From positions 1 through 64,000 of the forward strand of contig CAZOMG010000017.1 in assembly GCA_964580875.1 (NCBI GenBank): a DNA stretch of 64,000 nt, written 5' to 3'. This DNA comes from an uncultured bacterium (GTDB lineage: Bacteria > Muiribacteriota > Ozemobacteria > Ozemobacterales > Ozemobacteraceae). The notes beneath the pieces were generated by a model. It saw nothing but the letters and a program-made list of their open reading frames with translations. It made no database searches and was not told where the DNA came from. Below, piece after piece: positions 7,512-16,519 of the stretch (within the stretch, counting starts at the first letter, position 1; each line of letters begins with the position of its first letter). Both the position numbers and the translations under genes were made by a program.

Positions 7512-8957
7512 TTATTTTATGAAAAATTCGCGGGCGGCGTAGATACCTTCGAGATACTTTTTGCCGTCAGAAAGAAAGGTTGCGAGCAGCGGGGTGACGA
7601 AGACGCAGCGGGCCGTTGAGGTTTGCAGTTTGCCGTCGGGGCCGGGCACCCTGAAGCCGGCGAAATCATGAATAATGTAATAATCATCGTTCTGCCGACC
7701 CAGATATAACATGGCGTGACCGGCCATATAAACCGGGGTACCAGCTGGCAACCGGTCGAAAACCGCCTGGCGTTCGGCGAGGGTCATGGCCGGGTTCAGG
7801 CTGTGGGTAATGCCGATCGCCTGTTTTCCCTGTTCGCCGGCGTTGCGCGGCAGCCACACGCCCATGCTCCGGTAGTTATCCATGATAAAAGCGCTGCAGT
7901 CGCGGGTGTTGAACATGCCGCCCCACCCGTAGCGCTGCCCGAGAAACTTGAAGGCCTGGGTGATGATGTTATGGCGTGTTAAAGGCAGATACCCGACCCT
8001 GACGTCTTCAGATTTCGCGATCAGCCCGGTTCTGAATTCGAGCTGGCCATCGGGGCCTCGGGCGGGCAGTTTGACGACATAATTGCCGGCCGGGTGCTGA
8101 CCATCGATATCCATGGGTATTTCGCCAGGTGGGCTGAGCGGTACCCGGGCGCCCATATCGAGCTGCAGTTCAGAAATCTCTGGCCGGCGCGGGTTGTAGC
8201 CGGTCAGCAGCCCTTTGCCCGTGACCACGAGAAAGCTGTCGGTGTCGAGATATTCAAACAGACTCTGGCGATCGCTGAAGGCCACGGCTTCGGCCGGCAG
8301 CCAGGCGAGATAGTTGTATGACTGGGCAAACAGCCATTTTCCATCGGCGCTCTCGTGCAGAATTGCCAGTGGCTCGACCGGGTAGAGGGCGGTCTCGATG
8401 AACATATCGCTTTCGAAATCGGCGGGTTCGGCAAAAACCCGGTCAGCTGTCGGAAACACACGCATTTCGGTGCGTTTGACCGTGATGCCGAATCTGACCG
8501 GGGTCAGGTTACTTATCTGCTCGAGATTCAGCTGCTTGTCGAGGGCTGCGTAGAAGTCGTCGCTGACCTCTTTGCCGTCGAGATAGCGCTTGCTTTTCGG
8601 GCGGGTGCTGACTTTTCTGATCAGCTGCTGCAAACGTTCGCCGCTGATGGCGCCCGGGTAGACATGCAGGTCTTTGAGAGCCTCGCAGTCTCGAAAACCC
8701 TGGCGGTTGTAGCGTTCGATCTGCCCGGGGGTCATGATCAGGTCGTGCTGGTCTTTGATACCACTGAGCCAGAAAGATGCGTCGAGCATTTCTTCGCTGA
8801 CTCCGGGTATGTTCAGCTCAAACTGCACGAAAGGTTTTTGCGTGCCTGGGGGGGCAGCTTCGGCCGCCGAAACCCCGCCGCCGGTTATCGCCATCAGGCA
8901 GGCTGCAACCGCCAGACGCTTCAGGGTAGTGAGCCGGTATCCGGCTTTCTTAAACAT
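7512..8957 (-). CDS. secreted NlpC/P60-family gamma-D-glutamyl-meso-diaminopimelate (or Lys) endopeptidase with N-terminal SH3b-like region (YkfC-like)
   Basis: Signal peptide 'MFKKAGYRLTTLKRLAVAACLMAITGGGVSAAEA'. The C-terminal NlpC/P60 core has the catalytic Cys in 'GWGGMFNTRDCSAFIMDNYRSMGVWLPRNAGEQ' and a downstream His. It lies immediately upstream of the epimerase, as in the B. subtilis ykfBC arrangement. Confidence 0.75.
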   Translation of the reverse strand: MFKKAGYRLTTLKRLAVAACLMAITGGGVSAAEAAPPGTQKPFVQFELNIPGVSEEMLDASFWLSGIKDQHDLIMTPGQIERYNRQGFRDCEALKDLHVYPGAISGERLQQLIRKVSTRPKSKRYLDGKEVSDDFYAALDKQLNLEQISNLTPVRFGITVKRTEMRVFPTADRVFAEPADFESDMFIETALYPVEPLAILHESADGKWLFAQSYNYLAWLPAEAVAFSDRQSLFEYLDTDSFLVVTGKGLLTGYNPRRPEISELQLDMGARVPLSPPGEIPMDIDGQHPAGNYVVKLPARGPDGQLEFRTGLIAKSEDVRVGYLPLTRHNIITQAFKFLGQRYGWGGMFNTRDCSAFIMDNYRSMGVWLPRNAGEQGKQAIGITHSLNPAMTLAERQAVFDRLPAGTPVYMAGHAMLYLGRQNDDYYIIHDFAGFRVPGPDGKLQTSTARCVFVTPLLATFLSDGKKYLEGIYAAREFFIK

Positions 8958-8981
8958 AATTTCACCAGACCTTTCGATATT

Positions 8982-10139
8982 TTAAATCATTGACAGAATT
9001 TTGCCGACCAGTAACCCACCGCCGGTGCCGATAATGTAGCCGAGCATGGCCATCAGAATGCCGACTGGCACAAGCACTTCGCTGTAGGCAGCGGCTAGAA
9101 TGGGTGCCGATGCAACACCACCGATATTCGCAAGGCTCGCGACGCCGCAGGTGAAAAGGTCGAGTTTGCAAAGTCTGGCGATAATTGCCATCAGCACTGC
9201 GTGAATCACCAGAATCAGAAAACCGCAAAAAATGTAGAGCGGTGCCTGCGAAAGTTCGGAAAAATTGGCTCGCGACCCGATCAGCGCGACAATCAGATAG
9301 AGCATCAGGCTTGAGAGCGGCGAGATTCCCGATACTTTGCCCAACGGCGTCAGGGCCCCGACTATGCCAGCCGTCGTGGCGATCAGAATGACCCAGGTAT
9401 AGGTCGAGACTATCGTTGAGGTCGGCAGCAACGGCGCAAGGTATTGGGCAAACGCGGCGACGAAAAAACTGCTGCCGATAAGCAGGATCAAGTCATGAAA
9501 GGTAGTCGGCAGCGGCTGGTCGGTCTTTTCACTCATCAAACTGGCGCCTACCGCATCTATCTGGCTTGTATCGGCCCCGGTCCAGGTGTTGAAATGCTTC
9601 GCGTAGGGCACGGCCATCAACAGTATCATAACCCAGATGGCGTAGTTGACCGAGTCCATCATCAGGGTGTAGCCCATCTGAGAATCGCTTACTCCGAGGG
9701 CAAGCTGAATGGCGGCCATGTTGCCGGTCCCACCCATCCATGAACCGCACAGGGCCGCGAATGTTTTCCAGGTGTGGGGTTCAAAATGCCCTTTAAAAAG
9801 TGCGTAGGTGATGATAAAGCCGGCCGCTATCGTGAAAGATGCCGCGAAAAAGCCGAGCAGCATGCGTGGCCCGAGTTTGATGATCTTCTTAAGGTCGCAG
9901 TGCAGCAGCATCAGAAAAATCATAACCGGCAACAGGTTGTTCTTGAGCTGGTTGTAATAGAAGTTGATTTCGTCGGTCTGTTTCCAGAACCCGAGCGTAG
10001 ACAACGCCATCACCGAAAAGTACAGCACTACAATGCCAGGTACGTAGTCGAAAAAGGTGCGAAATCGCTTGTCGAGCTGAACGATCAGCGCTGCAATGAA
10101 CAGCAGGGCTGCAATGAAGGCAAAGCCACTTTCAATCAT
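8982..10139 (-). CDS. polytopic inner-membrane protein (possibly DUF819/YjcL-like), a candidate transporter of the murein-peptide module
   Basis: 385 aa with about ten predicted TM helices and no soluble domain. It is the first gene of the three-gene minus-strand operon and sits 24 nt upstream of the NlpC/P60 gene. The family assignment is from memory only. Confidence 0.45.
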   Translation of the reverse strand: MIESGFAFIAALLFIAALIVQLDKRFRTFFDYVPGIVVLYFSVMALSTLGFWKQTDEINFYYNQLKNNLLPVMIFLMLLHCDLKKIIKLGPRMLLGFFAASFTIAAGFIITYALFKGHFEPHTWKTFAALCGSWMGGTGNMAAIQLALGVSDSQMGYTLMMDSVNYAIWVMILLMAVPYAKHFNTWTGADTSQIDAVGASLMSEKTDQPLPTTFHDLILLIGSSFFVAAFAQYLAPLLPTSTIVSTYTWVILIATTAGIVGALTPLGKVSGISPLSSLMLYLIVALIGSRANFSELSQAPLYIFCGFLILVIHAVLMAIIARLCKLDLFTCGVASLANIGGVASAPILAAAYSEVLVPVGILMAMLGYIIGTGGGLLVGKILSMI

Positions 10140-10395
10140 CCGGTTTCTCTCCTGTTATTATGCCTCGGCCACCGCTTTATATCTGAGATTGCAATCTGCG
10201 GTGGCTCTACTGATGCCATGCATTATAACGTTAAAACCTTCTGTTGCAAACCAGAGAAAATTGCACCCCCAAAATTGCAGTCTTAAAGAAACGGCGATTT
10301 TGCCTGCTGATATCTTTTATAGACCCCTTCAGTCACTTGGCAGCCTCGAGCGGCCCGTGCGACTGAGCGGGTTTTAATTGAATCTAAAATTGAAA

Positions 10396-10422
10396 AGCCC
10401 GGGTAAAAAATTTACCCGGGCT
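10396..10422 (-). terminator. rho-independent terminator of the lytic-transglycosylase/periplasmic-protein operon
   Basis: Stem AGCCCGGGTAAA / TTTACCCGGGCT lies 15 nt beyond the stop at 10437. On the minus strand it is followed by TTTTCAATTTT. Confidence 0.45.
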
Positions 10423-10436
10423 GCAAAAATATTAAT

Positions 10437-10973
10437 TCAGCCGGCTTTGCCGGGTGGCAGAGTTTTGAGAAGGCTCACCTTGCCGCTTTTGAAGCTGTAG
10501 ATGCCGCGTGCTTCTTTCGGTGGCGTGTCGTCGGTAAAATATTCGATGACAATGTCGGGGTTCTTGTCGCCGTCCTGGTCGGCGAGCGAAACTTTGCCGG
10601 CACTGAAACCGGTTTCTTCCCAGATCTGCTCGTATTTGCCGTCTTTAAACTGCATCATCGCCAGCTCCAGCATCCCGGCAGAACCGCCGAGTTCCATGAC
10701 TATGAGCAGTTCATCGCCGCCGGTTCCGTCGAGATTGGCGTGCAGAACCCGCTCAATTGCCCGGCCTTCTGAAGAAAATACCAGGCTGGCTTTGCCGTCT
10801 TTTTCGATGGTCAGGCGGTCTTCGCGGGCAACCATGCCTTCGGCCTGTTGTTTATGCAGCATCAACCTGCCGGCAGGGCCGGTGGCTATTTCAATTTTTT
10901 CGTTGAGAGCCTCGGCTGAGGCTGTGAATGGCAGGAGCAACGCGGCGAACAGTGCTAAAAAGTTTTTTTTCAT
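10437..10973 (-). CDS. secreted/periplasmic hypothetical protein
   Basis: The internal ATG at 10971-10973 is preceded by GGAGAAAAACCAC and gives 'MKKNFLALFAALLLPFTASAEA', a signal peptide. The remainder of the ~178-aa protein has no family I recognise. The 5' extension in the ORF track is unlikely. Confidence 0.5.
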   Translation of the reverse strand: MKKNFLALFAALLLPFTASAEALNEKIEIATGPAGRLMLHKQQAEGMVAREDRLTIEKDGKASLVFSSEGRAIERVLHANLDGTGGDELLIVMELGGSAGMLELAMMQFKDGKYEQIWEETGFSAGKVSLADQDGDKNPDIVIEYFTDDTPPKEARGIYSFKSGKVSLLKTLPPGKAG

Positions 10974-10986
10974 GTGGTTTTTCTCC

Positions 10987-12132
10987 TCAGGCACCCAGGC
11001 CATGCGAGTAAGAATAAAGCTGGTCAGCATAAGCATCGACGCTCTTGCTGCCCGACATCTTTTCTTTAACATAGGAACGCTCAAGGTCAGTCAGGGCCAG
11101 ACCGAGGCACATTTTAACCTTCAGACCATAGCCAACCGCCCCACTTCGGTTTCTGACCATGTCTTCGAACGAACCGGCCAGTTTTTTTGAATACGGCCCC
11201 ATGTTGTAGGCACAACCGGCCATGACGAGCTTGTCGATTCCTGATTTCTGGCCAACGTAACGACTCGAAAACACTTCTTTAAAAAACTTGGCGCCGCCCA
11301 TCAGGTTCTGCGCCGGGTCAGTGCCATCGACGCCAAGGCCCTTCGCGGTGGCTGGCATCAACTGCATGAAGCCCTGGGCGCCACAATAACTGGTGGTGAG
11401 TTTGCCGCTGGCGTTGCGATGTACACCGCTGCTTTCGATAAATATGATAGCCTTCATGAATTCTTCGACGCTGACTTTTTTGCCGTATTTGTTGGTCACA
11501 TCAGGAAACGCCCACTTGCCGGCCCAGGTAGAAACGGCGTTGTCAAACCACTTTTTGAATTCAGGTGATTTTGTGGTGATTGCCTGCCCGGTCGGTGCGC
11601 CCGGAACCTTTGCCGCCGGGGCGTTGCCGTTGACCGTGGCAGAAGTCGAGGTCGGGGTCGAAGTTGCATTGGTGCTGCTCGAACTGCTGGCGGCAGATTT
11701 TGCGGCGGCGATGCCATCGTTTAGCGGCAGATAGCCGCCTTCGCGGGTGTCGCCCGGGTAATATGGTGCCGCAAAAGTGGCCGGGGCATTCGGAAGATTG
11801 ATATAGTTGCGGTGCATGTAGCCCTTCTGGCCATTGACCTCAACATAAAAAAACTCGCCCGAAACACCAAGAATATTGAGCGAAGTGCCACCCGGGTATT
11901 TGGTCATAACCTTGCCCCATGGCCACTGCCGCATTCTCAGAGTGCCGCACCCGGCTATGGTGCCGGTGACCGGAAACCCGTTGGTTTCAGGCTTGACGAT
12001 CTTGTTGATCGCTTCCATTTCGGCCGCTGCCGTGTCTTGAAGCCTGACCGTCTGCTCGGTGAACGGGGTTTCAGCCCAGCACGGCATGGCAAAAGAGAAA
12101 ACCATAAACAGTAAAAGAAAATACTTATTCAC
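10987..12132 (-). CDS. secreted SH3-domain lytic transglycosylase (SLT domain)
   Basis: Signal peptide 'MNKYFLLLFMVFSFAMPCWA'. An N-terminal SH3-like beta region is followed by a Ser/Thr/Ala-rich linker. The C-terminal SLT catalytic motif reads 'IIFIESSGVHRNASG…GAQGFMQLMPATA'. Confidence 0.8.
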   Translation of the reverse strand: MNKYFLLLFMVFSFAMPCWAETPFTEQTVRLQDTAAAEMEAINKIVKPETNGFPVTGTIAGCGTLRMRQWPWGKVMTKYPGGTSLNILGVSGEFFYVEVNGQKGYMHRNYINLPNAPATFAAPYYPGDTREGGYLPLNDGIAAAKSAASSSSSTNATSTPTSTSATVNGNAPAAKVPGAPTGQAITTKSPEFKKWFDNAVSTWAGKWAFPDVTNKYGKKVSVEEFMKAIIFIESSGVHRNASGKLTTSYCGAQGFMQLMPATAKGLGVDGTDPAQNLMGGAKFFKEVFSSRYVGQKSGIDKLVMAGCAYNMGPYSKKLAGSFEDMVRNRSGAVGYGLKVKMCLGLALTDLERSYVKEKMSGSKSVDAYADQLYSYSHGLGA

Positions 12133-12460
12133 TGTCTGTCTCCTTTTCGGGTATTTTTGATTCTACCACGCGCCGGCCTGAAAGTTTTTTAGCATTTTTT
12201 CACCAGCCTTTTTCAATGCTTGAGGTTTGTGATAATTAAGACTCGCCTCCCTGGGTTTTGCCAGCAATTCTCGGTCAAAACCAACCCGGCTGATAGGCCG
12301 AAGCTGCCACTTTTTCAAGACAATCAGTTAAATACAAGTGGCTTTTAATGCGAGTTATAATACTTACCGAGAATTGATGGACTTTTGCCAGGCGGGCTGT
12401 TTTTTTTTGCTCTGCCTGCTATAATTGGGCGATCTGACAATTTTCGACAAGGAAGCAAAC

Positions 12461-13540
12461 ATGCGCATCAAGAACATCGCCTCTCTGTTACTGTTGCTTG
12501 GCCTTCTGCTGCTGCCTCAAAGCTGCCCGGCCTGGGAAGACTTTCCCCGCGATGACCAGCGCAACTATCTCGATTATTCTAGCGATGCAGACAAAGAAGA
12601 AGACTATTACCCGGGCATTACCGACGATAACCCCTATTACGAAGATTCCACCAGCGTCGAATCAGGCGAAGATTCGTTGGGTCTGCCTTCTGATGCCGGC
12701 AGTGTCGAAACACCCCCCTTGCCGGCACGCCCGGCGCCATTGCCACCCGGCCCGGCCATTGACCTCAAGACCAAGAGCATCCGCTTCGGGCGCATTCCGT
12801 ATGTGAGTCTGCGCGAACTGATGACCAAGGCGGTGCCGTTGCTGAGCTTTCTGAAAAAAGAGACCGGTGCCCAGGAAGTTCGTCTGGTCTCGAATCGCAA
12901 AGATTACGCGAGTGTTCTTGACGCTCTGGCCCGTGGAAACATCGATTTTGCCTGGGTTGGCCCGACCGCCTATCTGGCCCGGCGCGACAAAGACAAGCTG
13001 ATGCCGGTTGCCAAAGCAAAATTCGGCACCCGAACTGAATACCGCGGCGTTTTTATCGCGCTGGCCAACGGCAAGGTTCAGGGCCTTGAAGACATCAAGG
13101 GAGTCACGGTCGGCTTTGTTGACCCTGAGTCAGCGAGCGGTTACCTTTACCCTCTTTATCTGCTGTTTCGCCTGAAGATCAACCCTTACAAAGATTCACG
13201 GGTAGCGTTTCTGCATAACCATGACAACGTGGTGCGTGCGGTGCTGGCCGGCAAGGTCGATGTGGGAGCCTGCCTTGAAGCAACGCTGACTTCGCTCGCA
13301 CCCGAATTGCAGAAGAAGCTCATCGTGCTGGCCAAAACCAATGACATTCCGTCTGATGTTATTGTCTGCAGGCAGGATTGCCCGTTGAACCTGCGCGAAA
13401 GCTTTCTTAAAGCGCTGTTAAAGGTTGACGCAAAGGCGATGCCGGCCGGGTCGCCAAGTTTTCTCGCCGCTGTCGATGAAGATTTTACCGCAGTCGAAGA
13501 ACTGATGCGCTATATTGATTCACTGAAAACCCGAAAGTAA
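12461..13540 (+). CDS. PhnD/SsuA-like ABC-type periplasmic substrate-binding protein with a long acidic/Pro-rich N-terminal extension
   Basis: The ATG at 12461 (RBS AAGGAAG) gives the signal peptide 'MRIKNIASLLLLLGLLLLPQSCPA'. Residues ~25-110 form a low-complexity D/E/Y-rich stretch and then a proline-rich stretch ('PPLPARPAPLPPGPA'). The C-terminal domain ('GRIPYVSLRELM…DFAWVGPTAYLARR…VDPESASGYLYPLY') is a phosphonate/transferrin-type binding fold. An isolated -10 TATAAT lies at 12420-12425. Confidence 0.65.
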   Translation: MRIKNIASLLLLLGLLLLPQSCPAWEDFPRDDQRNYLDYSSDADKEEDYYPGITDDNPYYEDSTSVESGEDSLGLPSDAGSVETPPLPARPAPLPPGPAIDLKTKSIRFGRIPYVSLRELMTKAVPLLSFLKKETGAQEVRLVSNRKDYASVLDALARGNIDFAWVGPTAYLARRDKDKLMPVAKAKFGTRTEYRGVFIALANGKVQGLEDIKGVTVGFVDPESASGYLYPLYLLFRLKINPYKDSRVAFLHNHDNVVRAVLAGKVDVGACLEATLTSLAPELQKKLIVLAKTNDIPSDVIVCRQDCPLNLRESFLKALLKVDAKAMPAGSPSFLAAVDEDFTAVEELMRYIDSLKTRK

Positions 13541-13551
13541 ATCTTGATAAA

Positions 13552-13589
13552 AGCTCTGAATCGTCATTGCGCGATTCAGAGCTTTTTTT
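13552..13589 (+). terminator. rho-independent terminator
   Basis: Perfect 12-bp stem AGCTCTGAATCG / CGATTCAGAGCT with loop TCATTGCG, followed by TTTTTTT. It lies 12 nt after the stop at 13540. Confidence 0.7.
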
Positions 13590-13668
13590 ATGGCGATCAG
13601 CTTGAAACTCGCTGATTGCTGCCAAATAGGGTATAATGTACAGTAAGTGCATAAATTGGGGGCTTGAA

Positions 13669-14511
13669 ATGATAGACAAATTGCAGATGTTTCTGGCATC
13701 GCTTAACAACGCTGATAATACCGGCAAAACCGGTGCTAAAAATGGTAACGCAGCGCAGAACCGCCTGGTTAACGGCTTGAACGCCGACACGTTCGGGCTT
13801 TCTCAAGATGCACGCCAGAAGGTTATTTTTGCCAACGCCCAGTTTCAGGCAAACTACCAGGTTCTGAAGTCGATGAATTCAGCCAACGGCTACACCACCA
13901 GTGAAGAAACCTTCTCATTGTCTGCCAGTTACCAGTTCATGCAGAATGTTTCAGGTGCAGGCAGCGATGTGTCAGGAACCGTTGATACGCCTGCGACCGG
14001 CGAGAACCCTGCCGCTGATGACGCCCCTGTCACTGAAACAACCGCAGAGCAGGATATGCTGACCAAGCTCCAGGAATACTTTTCGCCCGAAAATACCGCC
14101 CGACGTATTCTTGATGTGGCAACCAGCTTTTTTTCTATGAGTTCAGCTTTCAGGGCTGGCGGCGACAGTGAATCAACCCGACAGCAATTCGCCGATTTTA
14201 TCGGCGGTGCCATCGAAACCGGTTTCAGCCAGGCTCGCAATCTGCTTGGCGAAATGCCCGACAATGTCGTGACCGGCATCGATAAAACGCATTCGCTCGT
14301 ATTCAGTGGTCTGAATGACTTTGTCAAAAATGGCATTGATGCCGAAAAAGCCGCCCCCGGCGGTGTTCTTGAAAAGATCGCCGCTTATCGCGAAGAGGGC
14401 AGAGCTCAGTTGAACAGCGTTATCAAGGGTTCGACCGCGCAAAGCTACAATGCCAACGGCGAAGCACAACCAGGTTCAGGCGAATCAGGCAAACTTTTGA
14501 CCCGTGGCTGA
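13669..14511 (+). CDS. hypothetical protein (Gly/Ala/Asn/Ser-rich, no TM)
   Basis: The ATG at 13669 is preceded by GGGGG. The protein is about 280 aa with a low-complexity N-terminal half and the motif 'SPENTARRILDVATSFF'. I cannot assign a family reliably. Confidence 0.45.
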   Translation: MIDKLQMFLASLNNADNTGKTGAKNGNAAQNRLVNGLNADTFGLSQDARQKVIFANAQFQANYQVLKSMNSANGYTTSEETFSLSASYQFMQNVSGAGSDVSGTVDTPATGENPAADDAPVTETTAEQDMLTKLQEYFSPENTARRILDVATSFFSMSSAFRAGGDSESTRQQFADFIGGAIETGFSQARNLLGEMPDNVVTGIDKTHSLVFSGLNDFVKNGIDAEKAAPGGVLEKIAAYREEGRAQLNSVIKGSTAQSYNANGEAQPGSGESGKLLTRG

Positions 14512-14538
14512 TTTTAAGCATATTCAATAAAGGCCACC

Positions 14539-14733
14539 ATGAACGAAATACCACGATCTGCCATTAAACCCGGGCTTCGGGTCAAGATTGTTCTAAAGCA
14601 AGATCAACGCACCGGTCGGCTGACCGAAGGTGTTGTTCAAGACATTCTCACCAGTTCGCCAACTCACCCGCACGGCATTAAAGTGCGGCTGACCAGCGGC
14701 GAAGTAGGCCGCGTAAAAGAAATCTGTGGGTAA
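14539..14733 (+). CDS. YwbE-family small protein (DUF2196)
   Basis: 64 aa containing '…PGLRVKIVLKQDQRTGRLTEGVVQDILTSSPTHPHGIKVRLTSGEVGRV', which matches the YwbE signature (KDQRTG…HPHGIKVRL) as I recall it. Confidence 0.6.
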   Translation: MNEIPRSAIKPGLRVKIVLKQDQRTGRLTEGVVQDILTSSPTHPHGIKVRLTSGEVGRVKEICG

Positions 14734-14776
14734 CCATGTGTTGGCGGGTCTGAGCGTGCTTTAGCCCTGTTTGTTA

Positions 14777-16390
14777 TCAGCCGGTGGAAGCGGCGGCGCG
14801 GGCGAGGTCGGCGGCGATCTGGCGTTCGAGCAGAATTGTCTGTATTCTTGGGCGTTCGGTGAAGTCGGCGACTCTTTCGAGAGAATTAGTCAGCAGAATA
14901 ATTTTCAGTTCGGGGTTTTTTTGTTCGGCAACACTGATTACCGTATCGGCGACAACCAGTTCAGATTCTGTGATGATCAATGTCTTGGCGTTGCTGACCC
15001 CGGCGCTTTCCATGATGCTTTCGCGGTCAGGTTCACCGAAGATTATCTGGTGTTCCCGGCCTGCCAGATTGCAGAACCGCTGATAAAAAGGCTCGACGAC
15101 GATGTAGGGCAGTTGTTTGTCGCGGAAGGCATCGGCGATGAACTCAGAAACTTCGCTGCCGCCGGTGATGATAGTATGGCCCCTGAAACCTGATTCAGGA
15201 ATAGTGACACTTTTCATGCTGGCTTCGGGTTTGTATTTGCGCAGCAGGCCGTAGGCCGGCCCTGAAAGCCCTGCCAATACAGGCCCGGCCAGCATCGAGA
15301 GAATGACGACGTTAAGAATCACCAGGTATTGTTCCTGGTTGATGGCGCCGATGCTTAGCCCGGTGCGCACTACGATAAAGGCGATTTCAGAAATAGGAAT
15401 CATGCCGAAGAACATGGCGAGCGGGATAATGCGCCGATAACCAAAACCACGGCCGACCAACGCCAGGATAATTCCTTTGCTGCCGGTGGTGGCGATGACC
15501 AGCACGATGATGGTGCTGAGATTGGCGAAAACAAAGGCCGGGTCGAACAGCATGCCGATCGACGCAAAAAAGGTCAGCCCGAAGAGGTCGCGAAGTGGTG
15601 CCGTTCCAGAAAGGGCTTTATGCGCGTAATCAGACTCTTTGAGTACCAGGCCGGCAACAAAGGCGCCGAAAGCCAGTGATAGACCGAACAGATATGATAT
15701 GTAACCGACTCCAAACCCTATTGTTACAACTGCCAGCATGAATAATTCTTCTGAATTGAGCCGGGCAACGTAATGAAGGGCTAGTGGAATGATGCGAACC
15801 GCTATCAAAGCGATCAGCAGCACAAAAATCACAGTGCTGACGATGGGTTTAAAGACTGCGGTCAGGGCAAAACCAGCAGTGCTGACGCTGCTGAGCAGAA
15901 TCATGATAGGGATCACCTGAATATCTTGAACGATTGATACGCCAAGCATGACCTTGCCTGAAAGGGTGTGGCGAAGCCCTTTGTCGCTCAAGGTTTTGAG
16001 AATCAGCGCCGTGCTCGAAGACACGATGGCGGTTGCGAGCCATAATGATGGAATAATCGGCCAGCCCAGGCAATAACCGATAAAACCACCGAGCAAAAAG
16101 GTCAGAAACACCTGAATGGTGCTGCCGAAAAAGGCAATGCGACCGATGGGCTTCAGATCTCGGGCCGAAAATTCAAGCCCGAGAGAAAACAGCAGCAACG
16201 CCGCACCGATATCAGCGAGATCGGCAATATTATCAACACTTGAAACCGTTGCCCCACCAGTGTATGGCCCGATGATAATACCCGAAAGTATGTATCCAAG
16301 CACCAGAGGTTGCTTGAAAAATCTTGCGAGCAAACCGCCGAACAAGCCGGCAAAAATTACAAGAAACAGGTCGGCGGTTATCGCTGACAA
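14777..16390 (-). CDS. monovalent cation:proton antiporter (CPA2/Kef-type) with C-terminal RCK/TrkA-N-like domain
   Basis: 537 aa. The N-terminal ~380 aa form 12-13 TM helices with a Na+/H+ exchanger-like 'GLEFS' region. The C-terminal soluble domain carries a Rossmann-like 'HTIITGGSEVSEF…' run. Confidence 0.8.
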   Translation of the reverse strand: MSAITADLFLVIFAGLFGGLLARFFKQPLVLGYILSGIIIGPYTGGATVSSVDNIADLADIGAALLLFSLGLEFSARDLKPIGRIAFFGSTIQVFLTFLLGGFIGYCLGWPIIPSLWLATAIVSSSTALILKTLSDKGLRHTLSGKVMLGVSIVQDIQVIPIMILLSSVSTAGFALTAVFKPIVSTVIFVLLIALIAVRIIPLALHYVARLNSEELFMLAVVTIGFGVGYISYLFGLSLAFGAFVAGLVLKESDYAHKALSGTAPLRDLFGLTFFASIGMLFDPAFVFANLSTIIVLVIATTGSKGIILALVGRGFGYRRIIPLAMFFGMIPISEIAFIVVRTGLSIGAINQEQYLVILNVVILSMLAGPVLAGLSGPAYGLLRKYKPEASMKSVTIPESGFRGHTIITGGSEVSEFIADAFRDKQLPYIVVEPFYQRFCNLAGREHQIIFGEPDRESIMESAGVSNAKTLIITESELVVADTVISVAEQKNPELKIILLTNSLERVADFTERPRIQTILLERQIAADLARAAASTG

Positions 16391-16519
16391 AGCTTTCTCC
16401 TGTGAATGATAAAGAGTGACTGGGTAAAGGTGCGTCTCAGTTCAGCAGCTGTAATTGTAGACTTTAGCTGGCTAAATTGCAACCCGGCTGACGAGCCGGG
16501 GTTTTGTAAGTTCTGCTGA

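Noticed and set aside
8355-8993. 212-aa plus-strand ORF antisense to the NlpC/P60 gene
   Set aside because: Fully overlaps a confident CDS, with no RBS or motif.
12385-12425. sigma70 promoter for the PhnD-like gene (TTGCCA … TATAAT)
   Set aside because: The -10 TATAAT at 12420-12425 is good, but the only TTGCCA lies 29 bp upstream, which is outside the allowed 15-19 bp spacing. I mention the -10 under the gene but do not call a promoter.
16478-16500. Hairpin CCCGGCT-GACG-AGCCGGG between the antiporter start and the modC end
   Set aside because: It is only weakly U-flanked on either strand. It could be a modC terminator, but the evidence is insufficient.
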